Counted from the stretch's first letter, positions 27,285 through 36,753 are shown. The stretch: DNA of 64,000 bases from Nitrospirota bacterium (GCA_016180645.1 JACPAV010000002.1:1-64000), one strand, 5' to 3'. The notes: a model not told the origin generated them from the letters alone. Made by a program: numbers and translations.

Positions 27285-27352
27285 CTCATGGTTCGACTGG
27301 CTCACCACGAGCGGACAACTTGCCGCTCGTCCTGAGCGTGTCGAAGGACGAG
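27285..27352. repeat. REP-like double hairpin (GTTCGAC.GGCTCACCACGAGCGG / CCGCTCGTCCTGAGC.TGTCGAAGG)
   Basis: Two inverted units; related single hairpins at 28212-28251 and 40482-40507. Confidence 0.65.
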
Positions 27353-27402
27353 ACTGCATTGGCAATGCGGGCATAATTGACCCGCCTCAGCCTTGCGCAT
27401 CC

Positions 27403-27819
27403 TCAGTCCGCTTGAGGCGGATCGGAGGCCCGCTCCATCTGGCCGGGGCCGGGGCTGAGTATTCCCATCGAACCCATGGCGGGACCTGGGTCCCTCACCG
27501 ACGCAAGCATCCAGACCGTAAAAGCAAGCACGAAGAAAGCGATCAGGAGATCGATCCGGTTCAGGCCCGGAAAGAACCTCCCGCAGTAGGCGCAGGTGTA
27601 GCCGAAATGGAAGGGTGAAACGGGCATGTGGCATCGGCTGCATGCTCTTTCTCTCCGGACGCCGCTCTTCCGCACCCTCAAATGGGATCGCGCCGGGGCC
27701 ATGGCGACAGCGCGGATTCGGCGGATCAGCCGCCCCCCGGAGAAAACCGCAGCACTTCGAATTCTTACTTTCACGCCCTCACTCCCATGGTCGTTAGTTA
27801 CTCCGCGCAAGAATTTCAA
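27403..27819 (-). CDS. Hypothetical small zinc-ribbon membrane protein; real start probably further downstream
   Basis: CSRC...CAYC followed by one TM helix (LLIAFFVLAFTVWMLASV). Confidence 0.45.
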   Translation of the reverse strand: MKFLRGVTNDHGSEGVKVRIRSAAVFSGGRLIRRIRAVAMAPARSHLRVRKSGVRRERACSRCHMPVSPFHFGYTCAYCGRFFPGLNRIDLLIAFFVLAFTVWMLASVRDPGPAMGSMGILSPGPGQMERASDPPQAD

Positions 27820-28042
27820 AAAAAACGCAAGCGATTTGGGCTTCGACTCGTCTCGCGCCGCTTATCCCCTCCTCATTTCAGAGACCCAATACGCCATCAT
27901 TCCAAGCAGGGGAAATGTTCCATGGGCGCCTTTCGCCCGCAATGGGCACTTTCCCTACCATTAGGGGGGGAAATCACCCCGTCACTGAATGCGGGGGCGG
28001 CTTCGGTCAGAGGAAATGCAACGGAAAATCAACTGGGAGTGT

Positions 28043-28203
28043 GTCTGGAGTTACTGAATTTCCCTCGTGCCCAACGGGGCGTGAGCATTCGGACCGCGAC
28101 CGCCTCATTGAGGCTAAGCCTCGATAGCCGCCATTGAGGCCTAGCCTCGGAACTTGAGCGAGTCTGCCGGGACCTTGCCGCGGAAAATCAGTAATCTCCA
28201 GAC
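28043..28203. repeat. ~160-bp element with terminal inverted repeats and two internal tandem hairpins (MITE-like or structured RNA)
   Basis: gtctggagttactgaatttcc pairs with ggaaaatcagtaatctccagac; internal cattgaggc(taa/cta)gcctcg occurs twice. Confidence 0.55.
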
Positions 28204-28308
28204 CCAATACCCCTCCGTTTATCCTGAGCGCCGTCGAAGGACGAACGGAGGCCATCCCAACAGTCTCCCAGGAAAAAGCGGCTGTTCGGGAAGGGATCGT
28301 CGCAACGG

Positions 28309-29268
28309 CTACTCCTCTTCCTCGTCCTCCTCGAACTCCTCCTCATCCTCCTCCCTCGGAGCCGGCTTCTTGGGTTCCTCCTTCGGTTTCACCGCCGAGG
28401 GGGGGGGAGCCTGGCCGGCCAGCCAGTTTTTCAAGTCGCCCAGCGCCGGACCCAACGCGCCCTGCGCGCATCGCTCGCTCAGCGTCGTCACTTCGGAGAG
28501 GAGAGACGAATATTTCGACTGCTTCTCGCCCATCGTGGAGTTCAAGTCTGTCTGGATGCGCCCCACCTCGGTCACGAGTTTGACCACGCGCCCGAGAGTC
28601 TCCGGCGAATTCTCGCATCCAGCCGAAGCTCCCGAAGCGGCCTTCGCGGGGACAGAACCTGCAGGCGTGGGGCCAAGCATCGTCGCCGTGAATTCGGCTT
28701 CGATGTCCATGGACGTCATGCCGACCAATTGGGGAGGCGTGAGCAGCCAGTAGACCCTGCCGCCTTTGATCTGCTTCGGCCCGAACGGCATCGTCCCGTT
28801 TTTCAACATCCGGGCGGAGCGAGCCGGACCCGGCAATTCCAATGTCAACTTGTACATTCCAGGTTTGGAGGATTGGGCGGACAACACCTGCAGATCCTGA
28901 CCGGCGGTCCAGTGCACCACCTGGTCGGGCGTCCAACTTCTTGCAAGTTTCAGCTTGTAGGATCGGCCCGTCCGCCCCGGCTCCGCCGACACCTGAAATC
29001 CCCCTCCCGGCGCCACCCCCGCCGCCATCCAGGTTCCATCGTGGGCCAGGTTGTACAGTCGCCCTTTTTGCCCTCGCACGGGGGCGATGGAAACGCTCTG
29101 GAGGGCCGCCTCGAACGGATCGACCAAGCTGGACACATCGGTCTGGAGGTACATCGAGTATTTCGACCGCCAGCTCGTGTCGAAGGATATCGTTTCGAAT
29201 ACGTCGAAGCAGGAGGTCAGAAGCGCACTCGCTCCCGCCGCCACAAGAATTGAACGTAGTTTTCCCAT
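28309..29268 (-). CDS. Hypothetical lipoprotein with acidic C-terminal tail
   Basis: MGKLRSILVAAGASALLTSC lipobox; ends EEDEEEFEEDEEEE. Confidence 0.7.
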   Translation of the reverse strand: MGKLRSILVAAGASALLTSCFDVFETISFDTSWRSKYSMYLQTDVSSLVDPFEAALQSVSIAPVRGQKGRLYNLAHDGTWMAAGVAPGGGFQVSAEPGRTGRSYKLKLARSWTPDQVVHWTAGQDLQVLSAQSSKPGMYKLTLELPGPARSARMLKNGTMPFGPKQIKGGRVYWLLTPPQLVGMTSMDIEAEFTATMLGPTPAGSVPAKAASGASAGCENSPETLGRVVKLVTEVGRIQTDLNSTMGEKQSKYSSLLSEVTTLSERCAQGALGPALGDLKNWLAGQAPPPSAVKPKEEPKKPAPREEDEEEFEEDEEEE

Positions 29269-29451
29269 GCCCCTAAAGTGCCGCACAAAGGTCCCACCGT
29301 CAAGCGCTGAAAACGGGAGATTCTACTTTCTTGTTTCTGCCACGCAGCCGGTCGAACGGAGAGCGAAAAGGTGGAAGGTCCCCGTTTCCGAGGTCGGATT
29401 GTTGAAATGCGCCATCGTTTGTGGTACCAACCGCGCAAAAAGGAGGAATCG

Positions 29452-29742
29452 ATGAAGATATTGAAAACGCTCGGCGCGGCAACTTTGCTGGCCGGGCTGG
29501 CCGTGGCAACGCCCGCGTGCCAATCCAAGCAGCTTCAGCAGAAGATCTCGGGACTCGAGCAGGAAAAGCAGACGCTCGCGCAGGAAAAGACCGACTTGAG
29601 CAACAAGGCGGCTCAACTCACCGAGCAAGTCAACTCGCTCCAGAATCAAGTGACCGCGCTTACCCAGGAGCGGGACACTCTCCAGAAGCAGGCAGCAGAC
29701 ATGCAGGCGCACGCTTCGAAGGGGAAAGGCAAGAAGAAGTAA
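29452..29742 (+). CDS. Small coiled-coil lipoprotein with Lys-rich C-terminus
   Basis: RBS aggagg; signal ending TPAC; continuous heptad pattern; ends SKGKGKKK. Confidence 0.8.
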   Translation: MKILKTLGAATLLAGLAVATPACQSKQLQQKISGLEQEKQTLAQEKTDLSNKAAQLTEQVNSLQNQVTALTQERDTLQKQAADMQAHASKGKGKKK

Positions 29743-29839
29743 GAGCCTCTAACAGAATGCCGATTCGTAGGGGAGCATCTTCAGATGCTCCCTCTTGTCG
29801 GGAGGGTCTGAAGACCCTCCCCTACGCATTCTGCTAGAC
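29741..29839. repeat. 99-bp REP-doublet/MITE-like element, family B copy 1
   Basis: acagaatgc...gtaggggagcatcttcagatgctccc...gggagggtctgaagaccctcccctac...gcattctg; 97/99 identical to 63503-63601. Confidence 0.9.
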
Positions 29840-29945
29840 GCACTAAGATCGACATCGTCGTTCGCACGACGAAAGAATTGCGCGGGCACGAGCCGTTCAG
29901 GCCGTGCCCGTTTTCTTCTTCGGCAGAAGGATTCTAGAGAATTCA

Positions 29946-32321
29946 ATGTCTGACCCCGAATCCCTTGCCGACCCTGTTTGCGGCATGATCGTGGAGCCCG
30001 CTACAGCGGCGGGGTCGCACGTTCACAAAGGGGCGACCTACTATTTCTGCAACCCCCGCTGCCTCGACCAATTCCGCTCCAACCCCGAAAAATATATTTC
30101 TGCGGCGCCATCGACTGAGCGCACTCCGGATTCCCCATCCCCCGCGTCACACCTCCCTCCCCCCGTCTCTCGCCTCGCGCCTCACGCCTCTCGCCCCACG
30201 GAATACACCTGCCCCATGCACCCGGAGGTCCGTCAGAAGGGGCCGGGATCGTGCCCGCTCTGCGGGATGGCCCTTGAACCGGTGGAAATCGCGGCGGAAG
30301 AGGAAGCCAATCCCGAACTTCAAACCATGACCCTGAGGTTCTGGATCGGCCTGGCTTTCACGCTTCCCCTTTTCCTCCTATCGATGTCCGACCTCATTCC
30401 CGGCCAACCCGTTCAGCATGGAGTTGCTCCTTCAATCCTGGCTTGGATTCAGATGGGACTGGCAACACCAGTCGTCCTGTGGGGTGGAGCGCCGTTCTTC
30501 GCGCGCGGCTGGGCATCCATCCGCCGCCGAAGCCCCAACATGTTCACGCTCATCGCCACCGGCACGGGCGTCGCCTACGTGTACAGCGTCGCCGCCTCCG
30601 CCTACCCCTCGGCCCTTCCCGTAAGTTTCCGCGGCCACATGGGGGAAACGCCGGTGTACTTCGAATCGGCGGCCGTCATCGTCACGCTCGTCCTCCTCGG
30701 CCAGGTGCTGGAACTCCGCGCCCGCAGCCGAACCGGTCAGGCCATTCGATCCCTGTTGGCCCTCGCTCCCAAAACCGCGCGGATCGTTCGCGAGGACGGC
30801 CGGGAAGAGGACGTCCCGTTGGAACAGATCCAGCGGGGTGATCGACTCCGTGTCCGTCCCGGAGAAAAAGTCCCCGTGGACGGGACCGTTGTCGAAGGGA
30901 CCAGCTCGGTGGACGAATCGATGGTGACGGGCGAACCGATTCCCGTCGAAAAGAAAGCGGGCGATCGCGTCACCGGCGCCACGATCAATGGAACGGGATC
31001 GTTCGTGATGACGGCCGAACGCGTGGGAAGGGAGACCTTGCTCGCTCAAATCGTGCGAATGGTATCCGACGCCCAGAGAAGCCGCGCGCCGATTCAGAAA
31101 TTGGCGGACCAGGTTTCCTCCTATTTCGTGCCGGCCGTGGTCGCCGCCTCCGCCCTCACGTTCGCCGTGTGGGCGATGATCGGCCCGGAACCTCGTCTCG
31201 CCTACGCGCTCGTCAACGCCGTCGCCGTTTTGATCATTGCCTGCCCCTGCGCCCTGGGCCTCGCCACACCGATGTCCATTATGGTGGGCACGGGGCGCGG
31301 CGCCGGCACCGGCGTGCTTTTCAAGAATGCCGAAGCCCTCGAGATCCTGGAAAAAGTGGACACGCTCGTTGTGGACAAGACCGGCACGCTCACCGAGGGG
31401 AAACCGCGGCTGATGTCCATTTCCCCCCGCGCCGGGCTCGATGAGGCGGAACTCCTTCGCCTCTCGGCCGGCCTCGAACGCGGAAGCGAACATCCTTTGG
31501 CCGCGGCGATCATCGCAGGCGCGGAAGTTCGGAAGATTCCCCTCGGCGAGGTCACCGGTTTCATCTCCTTCATCGGCAAGGGAGTCAGCGGGACGGTTGG
31601 AGGCCGCCATGTGGCGCTTGGAAACGCGCGACTCTTTGAAGACCTCCGCATCGATCTTACGCCGTGGTCGTCGGAAGCCGACAAATTGCGGGCGACCGGC
31701 CAGACGGTCATGTTTGTCGCCGTGGACGGCCGGGCGTCGGGACTCCTGGGCGTCGCGGACCCCATCAAGGCATCGACCCCCGAGGCGATCCGGTCCCTAC
31801 GCGAAGAAGGCATCGAGGTGGTCATGCTGACCGGTGACACCCAGTCCACCGCCCAGACCGTGGCCGCTCAACTGGGGCTCACGCACGTGGAGGCCGAGGT
31901 GCTGCCGGAGGCGAAGAGACAGATCGTGAACCGGTTGCAGGAGGAAGGGCGCGTCGTCGCCATGGCGGGCGATGGCATAAACGATGCCCCGGCGCTGGCC
32001 CAGGCCCACGTGGGGATCGCCATGGGAACGGGGACGGACGTGGCGATTCAGAGCGCCGGGGTGACCCTCGTCAAAGGAGACCTGAGGGGGATCATGCGCG
32101 CCCGGCGACTGAGCCGGGCTACAATGAAAAACATCCGGCAGAATCTGTTCTGGGCGTTCGCCTATAACGCGCTCGGCGTCCCACTCGCCGCAGGCGTCCT
32201 CTACCCGGTCTTCGGCCTGCTCCTATCTCCCATGATCGCCAGCGCTGCCATGAGCCTCAGCTCCGTCTCCGTGATCACCAACGCCCTCCGCCTCCGCAAG
32301 GTAAGCCTGCATATTCGGTGA
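29946..32321 (+). CDS. copA: Cu(I)/Ag(I)-translocating P1B-type ATPase with YHS and heavy-metal-binding domains
   Basis: DPVCGM...YYFC (YHS), YTCPMHPE...[49 protein letters not shown]. Confidence 0.95.
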   Translation: MSDPESLADPVCGMIVEPATAAGSHVHKGATYYFCNPRCLDQFRSNPEKYISAAPSTERTPDSPSPASHLPPPVSRLAPHASRPTEYTCPMHPEVRQKGPGSCPLCGMALEPVEIAAEEEANPELQTMTLRFWIGLAFTLPLFLLSMSDLIPGQPVQHGVAPSILAWIQMGLATPVVLWGGAPFFARGWASIRRRSPNMFTLIATGTGVAYVYSVAASAYPSALPVSFRGHMGETPVYFESAAVIVTLVLLGQVLELRARSRTGQAIRSLLALAPKTARIVREDGREEDVPLEQIQRGDRLRVRPGEKVPVDGTVVEGTSSVDESMVTGEPIPVEKKAGDRVTGATINGTGSFVMTAERVGRETLLAQIVRMVSDAQRSRAPIQKLADQVSSYFVPAVVAASALTFAVWAMIGPEPRLAYALVNAVAVLIIACPCALGLATPMSIMVGTGRGAGTGVLFKNAEALEILEKVDTLVVDKTGTLTEGKPRLMSISPRAGLDEAELLRLSAGLERGSEHPLAAAIIAGAEVRKIPLGEVTGFISFIGKGVSGTVGGRHVALGNARLFEDLRIDLTPWSSEADKLRATGQTVMFVAVDGRASGLLGVADPIKASTPEAIRSLREEGIEVVMLTGDTQSTAQTVAAQLGLTHVEAEVLPEAKRQIVNRLQEEGRVVAMAGDGINDAPALAQAHVGIAMGTGTDVAIQSAGVTLVKGDLRGIMRARRLSRATMKNIRQNLFWAFAYNALGVPLAAGVLYPVFGLLLSPMIASAAMSLSSVSVITNALRLRKVSLHIR

Positions 32322-32363
32322 CAGTATACTCTATTTCATCGTAATAGAGTATACTGTCACCGA
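32315..32363. repeat. Perfect 21-bp inverted repeat with 7-nt loop between convergent genes (possible bidirectional terminator; intact form of the element at 19581/20802)
   Basis: tcggtgacagtatactctatt-tcatcgt-aatagagtatactgtcaccga; supplies the copA stop codon. Confidence 0.85.
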
Positions 32364-32393
32364 GTATTCCTGAACGAGTAGGCTGAAGCCTGC

Positions 32394-34184
32394 CTACTTC
32401 GGAAGGAGGCCCTTCTTGCGGGAGCGGGCGAGGAGGGACTGGAGTTCGGAGGCGGGGAGCGGGCGGCTGAAGAGATAGCCCTGGGCCAGTTCGCAGCCTT
32501 TGGCGCGGAGGAATTCAAACTGTTCCTTCGTTTCCACGCCCTCGGCCACCATTTTCATTCCCAGATTGTGCGTGAGCGAGAGCACGGTTGCCGCGATCGC
32601 CGCATCGCTGGCATCGCGCACCAGGTCCGCCACAAACGATTTGTCCAGTTTCAGGGCATCCGCCGGAAAATCCTTGAGATACTCCAGCGACGAATAGCCC
32701 GTTCCGAAATCGTCGATGGCGATTCGGAGGCCGGTCTTCTTCAATTCCTTGAGAAGCACGATGGTGTCCTGCACCCTGTGCATGGCGGTGCTCTCCGTGA
32801 TTTCCACTTCCAGGCTCGATGCGGGCAGGCCGGTGTCTTTGAGGGTGCGGGAGAGGAGTTCAGAGACATTCACATCCTGGAACTGGCGGGCCGACAGATT
32901 CACCGACACACGAAGATCACGCCAGCCGGCCTCATGCCATTTGCGCACCTGCGCGCAGGCGGTTCGGAGAACCCACTCGCCGATGGGGATGATCAACCCC
33001 GTCTGCTCGGCCACAGGAATGAAATCGATGGGGAACACGAGCCCCAAGTCCGGATGTTCCCAGCGGGCCAGCGCCTCGACCCCCACGATTCTGCCGGTTG
33101 AAAGATCCACCATCGGCTGGTAGTGCACGGCAAACTCGTTTCGCTCCAAGGCCCTTCGGAGCTGATTTTCCAGGAGGAGCCGCTCAAACGCCGCCACATT
33201 CATCGAAGAGGCGTAGAACTGGTACATATTGCGTCCACGCTCCTTCGCCCGATGCAAAGCCGTGTCCGCATTCTTCAAAAGTGTCTGTGCGTTCTTCCCA
33301 TCCGACGGGTAGAGGGCGATCCCGATGCTGGTCGTGATGTGGAGTTCCTGCCGGCGGAACTTGATGGGCGGGTGAAGCGATTTCAGCACGCGCTCGGACA
33401 ACTGAGCCACAAATTGAGCTCCCGGAACCTGGGGGAGCAGCAGAACATACTCGTCGCCCCCGAGGCGGGCGAGCGTGTCACCTTCGGAAATCTGTTTTCG
33501 AAGGCGGCTGGCTACGGTGGTGAGCACCTTGTCTCCCGCCGAATGGCCGAGCGTGGCGTTGATGTTCTTGAACCGGTCCAGATCGAAACAGAGGAGCGCA
33601 AGCATGAATTTGCTCCGGGCGGCCTGCGACAGCGCTACTTCCAATCGGTCTTCGAACAGCATCCGGTTCGGGAGACCCGTCAGGGAATCGTGGTACGCCA
33701 CGTGGAGCAGTTCCGTTTCGGCCTGGCGCCGGGCGGTGACGTCCGAAGCCACCCCCAGCATGCCTGTCACCTCGCCCGATCCGTTTCGGATCGGCATGTA
33801 CCGGGTTTCGAAAATGCGTCCAGCGCCCGGTCCGCCGCCGACCTCCACGGACTCTTCAAAATCTTCGCCGGCAAGCGCCCTCTTGATGTTCTCCTGAATT
33901 TTCGGATCGCCCTTGTAAACCTCGTAGGCGGAGTGCCCCACTACCTCCCCAGCCTCCAGCCCGAGGGCACTGAGGCCCTTTCCCTCTGAAAGTGTGAAAA
34001 CACCTTTGCGGTCCACCGCAAAAAGTATGATGGGAGCATGCGAAAGCGCCTGGCGGAAGTATTCGCCGTTCGGGCGCGGCGGGGCAGGGTGTTGGTGATC
34101 GGTTGCAGGGGCCTTGCGACGAGTTGCCGCCGGCCATGGCCTGGCATGCTTTCGGGATGCCCTCCTGCTCCGTTGAACCTGCAT
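32394..34184 (-). CDS. PAS-GGDEF-EAL c-di-GMP enzyme
   Basis: PAS; HDSLTGLPNR, DLDRFK, RLGGDEY; YQP, VEALARW, EITES, IDDFGTGYSSL, AEGVET, QGYLFSRP. Start set downstream of a TTGTAT-17-TAGAAT promoter at 34198-34226. Confidence 0.92.
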   Translation of the reverse strand: MQVQRSRRASRKHARPWPAATRRKAPATDHQHPAPPRPNGEYFRQALSHAPIILFAVDRKGVFTLSEGKGLSALGLEAGEVVGHSAYEVYKGDPKIQENIKRALAGEDFEESVEVGGGPGAGRIFETRYMPIRNGSGEVTGMLGVASDVTARRQAETELLHVAYHDSLTGLPNRMLFEDRLEVALSQAARSKFMLALLCFDLDRFKNINATLGHSAGDKVLTTVASRLRKQISEGDTLARLGGDEYVLLLPQVPGAQFVAQLSERVLKSLHPPIKFRRQELHITTSIGIALYPSDGKNAQTLLKNADTALHRAKERGRNMYQFYASSMNVAAFERLLLENQLRRALERNEFAVHYQPMVDLSTGRIVGVEALARWEHPDLGLVFPIDFIPVAEQTGLIIPIGEWVLRTACAQVRKWHEAGWRDLRVSVNLSARQFQDVNVSELLSRTLKDTGLPASSLEVEITESTAMHRVQDTIVLLKELKKTGLRIAIDDFGTGYSSLEYLKDFPADALKLDKSFVADLVRDASDAAIAATVLSLTHNLGMKMVAEGVETKEQFEFLRAKGCELAQGYLFSRPLPASELQSLLARSRKKGLLPK

Positions 34185-34346
34185 GGAATCAAACCGCATT
34201 CTAAAGTGGGAACCCGTCGAATACAATCGAATTTCACTCTGCCCTTGCCGTGCTTTCGCCGCCCTTCCTTGGGCGGCCCTGGCCGCGGCAAGGACCGCAC
34301 CATCCATGGCTGGTAACGGTTTGCCTTTGGGCCCCACAGAGCTACA

Positions 34347-34715
34347 GTGAGCAGAATGGCGAAGGGAAAATGGTTTGGGGCGGGACTGGCCGCTTCGATC
34401 GGCGCGGCTGTGGCGGCGTCGCTCTGCTGCCTCGGGCCAACGCTCGTCATCGCCGCGGGAGGAATCGTGACAGCGGCCTTCGGCGGGGTGTTCGAATGGT
34501 TCCAGGCGTGGAGGCCGGTCTTCACCGCGATTTCGCTCGGCTTTCTGGGTTTGGGCTATTGGTACGTTTTCAGGTCCACGCCGCCGCCCGATGCGGATTG
34601 TGATAAGGGCGTATGTACGCCTCGAAATCCAGTTAACAAGACCCTTCTGTCCATTCTGACGCTGGTGGTGGCCGTATTGATCACCGCCCCATACTGGCTG
34701 ACGTGGGTGAGCTGA
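34347..34715 (+). CDS. MerT-like heavy-metal transport membrane protein
   Basis: Three TM segments, ASLCCLGP and a cytoplasmic C...C pair (DCDKGVC). Confidence 0.85.
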   Translation: MSRMAKGKWFGAGLAASIGAAVAASLCCLGPTLVIAAGGIVTAAFGGVFEWFQAWRPVFTAISLGFLGLGYWYVFRSTPPPDADCDKGVCTPRNPVNKTLLSILTLVVAVLITAPYWLTWVS

Positions 34716-34741
34716 TTTTACTCAAAGAAAGGAGCAAGAAT

Positions 34742-35032
34742 ATGAAACAGGGACTCATCATTTTCGCTTTGATCGCCGCGGTCTTCGCGGGGGCGGCCCA
34801 GGGCGCGTTCGCCGCGGAAAAATCGTGCACACTGGAAGTCGCCGGAATGACGTGCGACTCCTGCGTGAAGCACGTGCAGGATGCGCTGAAGAAAGTGGAT
34901 GGAGTCAAGACCTCGAACGTTGATATCAAAGGAAAATCCGCGAGCGTGGTCTTCTTGGACGACAAGACCTCGCCTGAGAAACTGGCGGATGCCGTGACGA
35001 AAGCGGGCTACGAAGCGAAAGTCAAGAAATAG
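34742..35032 (+). CDS. Periplasmic HMA-domain metal-binding protein (MerP-like)
   Basis: RBS aaggag; signal peptide ending AFA; GMTCDSC motif. Confidence 0.9.
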   Translation: MKQGLIIFALIAAVFAGAAQGAFAAEKSCTLEVAGMTCDSCVKHVQDALKKVDGVKTSNVDIKGKSASVVFLDDKTSPEKLADAVTKAGYEAKVKK

Positions 35033-35047
35033 GCGGTCGATTCCCCA

Positions 35048-35962
35048 TCACCGCTGCCGGATCCAATCCGAATCGGCAGCCGCGGCATAGCGCGACCGGA
35101 TCAGACGGGTGAGATCCTTCGTCCGGGGATCCCCGGGGTATCCCGATGCCACAGGAATGCCCCCTTCCAAACCGAAATGCCGGTTCTCCGCCAGCATGAA
35201 CAGCTCTCGGACGTACTTCCCAACGATCGAGGCCATCGCGACCGGTGCATATCCGGCGTCCGCATCTCGAACGAAGCGAAATTCCCTGCCGTCGGAAAAC
35301 CGGTATGAGGATTCCTCCGGCTTCTCCTTCATCGATTCCCACGGAGGAATCAGGGCCAACCGCTCCGCCCGGTACTTCGTCAGGAACGGGGTGTATCTCC
35401 GTGTGCCCCCCACTTTTCCGAAAACGTACTTGTCCCCCGGTGGTCCGTAGATCACCAAATCCATAAAGAGGGAGAAATCGCAGTAGGCCTTGCTCCCCCG
35501 CGCCGGGATCAGTTCGTTGAACGTTCGAGGCGGAAGGATCGCGATGGCAATTCCCCGGACTCTCCAGCGATTCAATTCTTCGAGTCCCTTGCTTTGCAAA
35601 GCCCCCCTTGACGACCAGAGTGAGAGTTTCATGCCCTCTGCGCAGTCTCCGAGCATGCCCGCTACTTCCGGCCCGGCCCGTTCGCACAGGGCTTCAAACT
35701 TCAGCAGGGCGAACCGATCCACGAGCCCGCGCAGGGATGTCGGCCGATGGCCGGCCGCAGCCAGAATTTCGAGCGCCGCGGATTCGCCACGCGCGTAGGC
35801 CGCCGGCCGGCGGTGGAACACTTTCTTGCTGTCGCGCACGAGCAATTCATTTCCAGTGAGACGGGCGGATTTCAGATCGGGAACCTCCACGGCGACCGCG
35901 GTGGCGACCAGCGGACCGAGTTTCGGTCCGTATCCGTTTTCGTCGATGCCGACGAGAATCAC
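35048..35962 (-). CDS. Ribonuclease HII-like protein (atypical)
   Basis: GIDENGYGP.LGPLV, RDSKK, DAD..Y.PVAMASIVGK..RE, SGYP.DP.T. Confidence 0.75.
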   Translation of the reverse strand: MILVGIDENGYGPKLGPLVATAVAVEVPDLKSARLTGNELLVRDSKKVFHRRPAAYARGESAALEILAAAGHRPTSLRGLVDRFALLKFEALCERAGPEVAGMLGDCAEGMKLSLWSSRGALQSKGLEELNRWRVRGIAIAILPPRTFNELIPARGSKAYCDFSLFMDLVIYGPPGDKYVFGKVGGTRRYTPFLTKYRAERLALIPPWESMKEKPEESSYRFSDGREFRFVRDADAGYAPVAMASIVGKYVRELFMLAENRHFGLEGGIPVASGYPGDPRTKDLTRLIRSRYAAAADSDWIRQR

Positions 35963-35966
35963 GAGT

Positions 35967-36067
35967 AGCGGTCAGCAATCAGCTTTCAGCGGTCAGCTTC
36001 GGGTGGGCAATGCGAGGAACAATGGGCGCTGAAACGGCTGAAAGCTGACGGCTGAGTGCTGATCGCT
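35967..36067. repeat. Inverted heptamer tandem array (TCAGCNN)n...(GCTGANN)n
   Basis: agcggtc agcaatc agctttc agcggtc ... gctgaaa gctgacg gctgagt gctgatc. Confidence 0.8.
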
Positions 36068-36072
36068 TGTCG

Positions 36073-36753
36073 TCACACCGTCCAGCTTTTCTGCTTCACG
36101 GACATGTCCAACTGGCGGGCGTATTTCTGGAGCATGCCGGAGATCAGCCGGATTCGGGCAATGAAGAAGTTGTAGCTGGCGGCGGCCGGGATCGCGGCGA
36201 ACAGTCCGACGGCGGTCGCGACAAGCGACTCTGCGATACCGGGCGCCACCGCGGCGAGGCTGGCGGAACCCATCTGCGCGATGCCCCGGAAGGAATTCAT
36301 GATCCCCCAAACGGTGCCAAAGAGCCCGATGAACGGCGCCGTGCTCCCGATCGTGGCCAGATAAATCAGATTCTCTTCCAGGCGCCGCACTTCCTGGTCC
36401 ACAAACTCACGCGACTGGCGGTTCACCTCCTCCTCCATCCGGTCCTTGTAGGTAAACTCGGCCTCGGGATGAGGATGTTTTTGTTCGAAGAATTTCTCCT
36501 GGTCAAGGAAGGTGCACGCGTCCTTCAAAAGCGCGGCGATATTCGAGGTCTTGAGTTTGCTCGTCGCACGATACTGCGCATCGATCTCGGAGACATGTTC
36601 GATGGCCTTCCAGAATTCGGCGTTCGCCCGGCTGATTTCGTTGAACTGCCGATGCTTCATCACGATGATCGCCCACGACGCCACGGAGAGCAGGACCAGC
36701 ACGAGGAGGACGAGCTTGACGATCAGACTGCCTGAAGCAATAAATCCCAACAT
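36073..36753 (-). CDS. tolQ: TolQ/ExbB-family proton channel protein
   Basis: LSVASWAII..K, LATIGSTAPFIGLFGTVWGIMNSF, SLAAVAPGIAESLVATAVGLFAAIPA...YN. Confidence 0.85.
   Translation of the reverse strand: MLGFIASGSLIVKLVLLVLVLLSVASWAIIVMKHRQFNEISRANAEFWKAIEHVSEIDAQYRATSKLKTSNIAALLKDACTFLDQEKFFEQKHPHPEAEFTYKDRMEEEVNRQSREFVDQEVRRLEENLIYLATIGSTAPFIGLFGTVWGIMNSFRGIAQMGSASLAAVAPGIAESLVATAVGLFAAIPAAASYNFFIARIRLISGMLQKYARQLDMSVKQKSWTV

Noticed and set aside
28043-28203. 6S RNA or CRISPR interpretation of the hairpin element
   Set aside because: Inner region does not form the continuous 6S-like rod; only two short repeats with an 8-nt gap and no cas genes.
34185-34337. N-terminal 51 aa of the PAS-GGDEF-EAL ORF as listed in the track
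   Set aside because: Overlaps a sigma-70-like promoter and a hairpin repeat; likely not translated.
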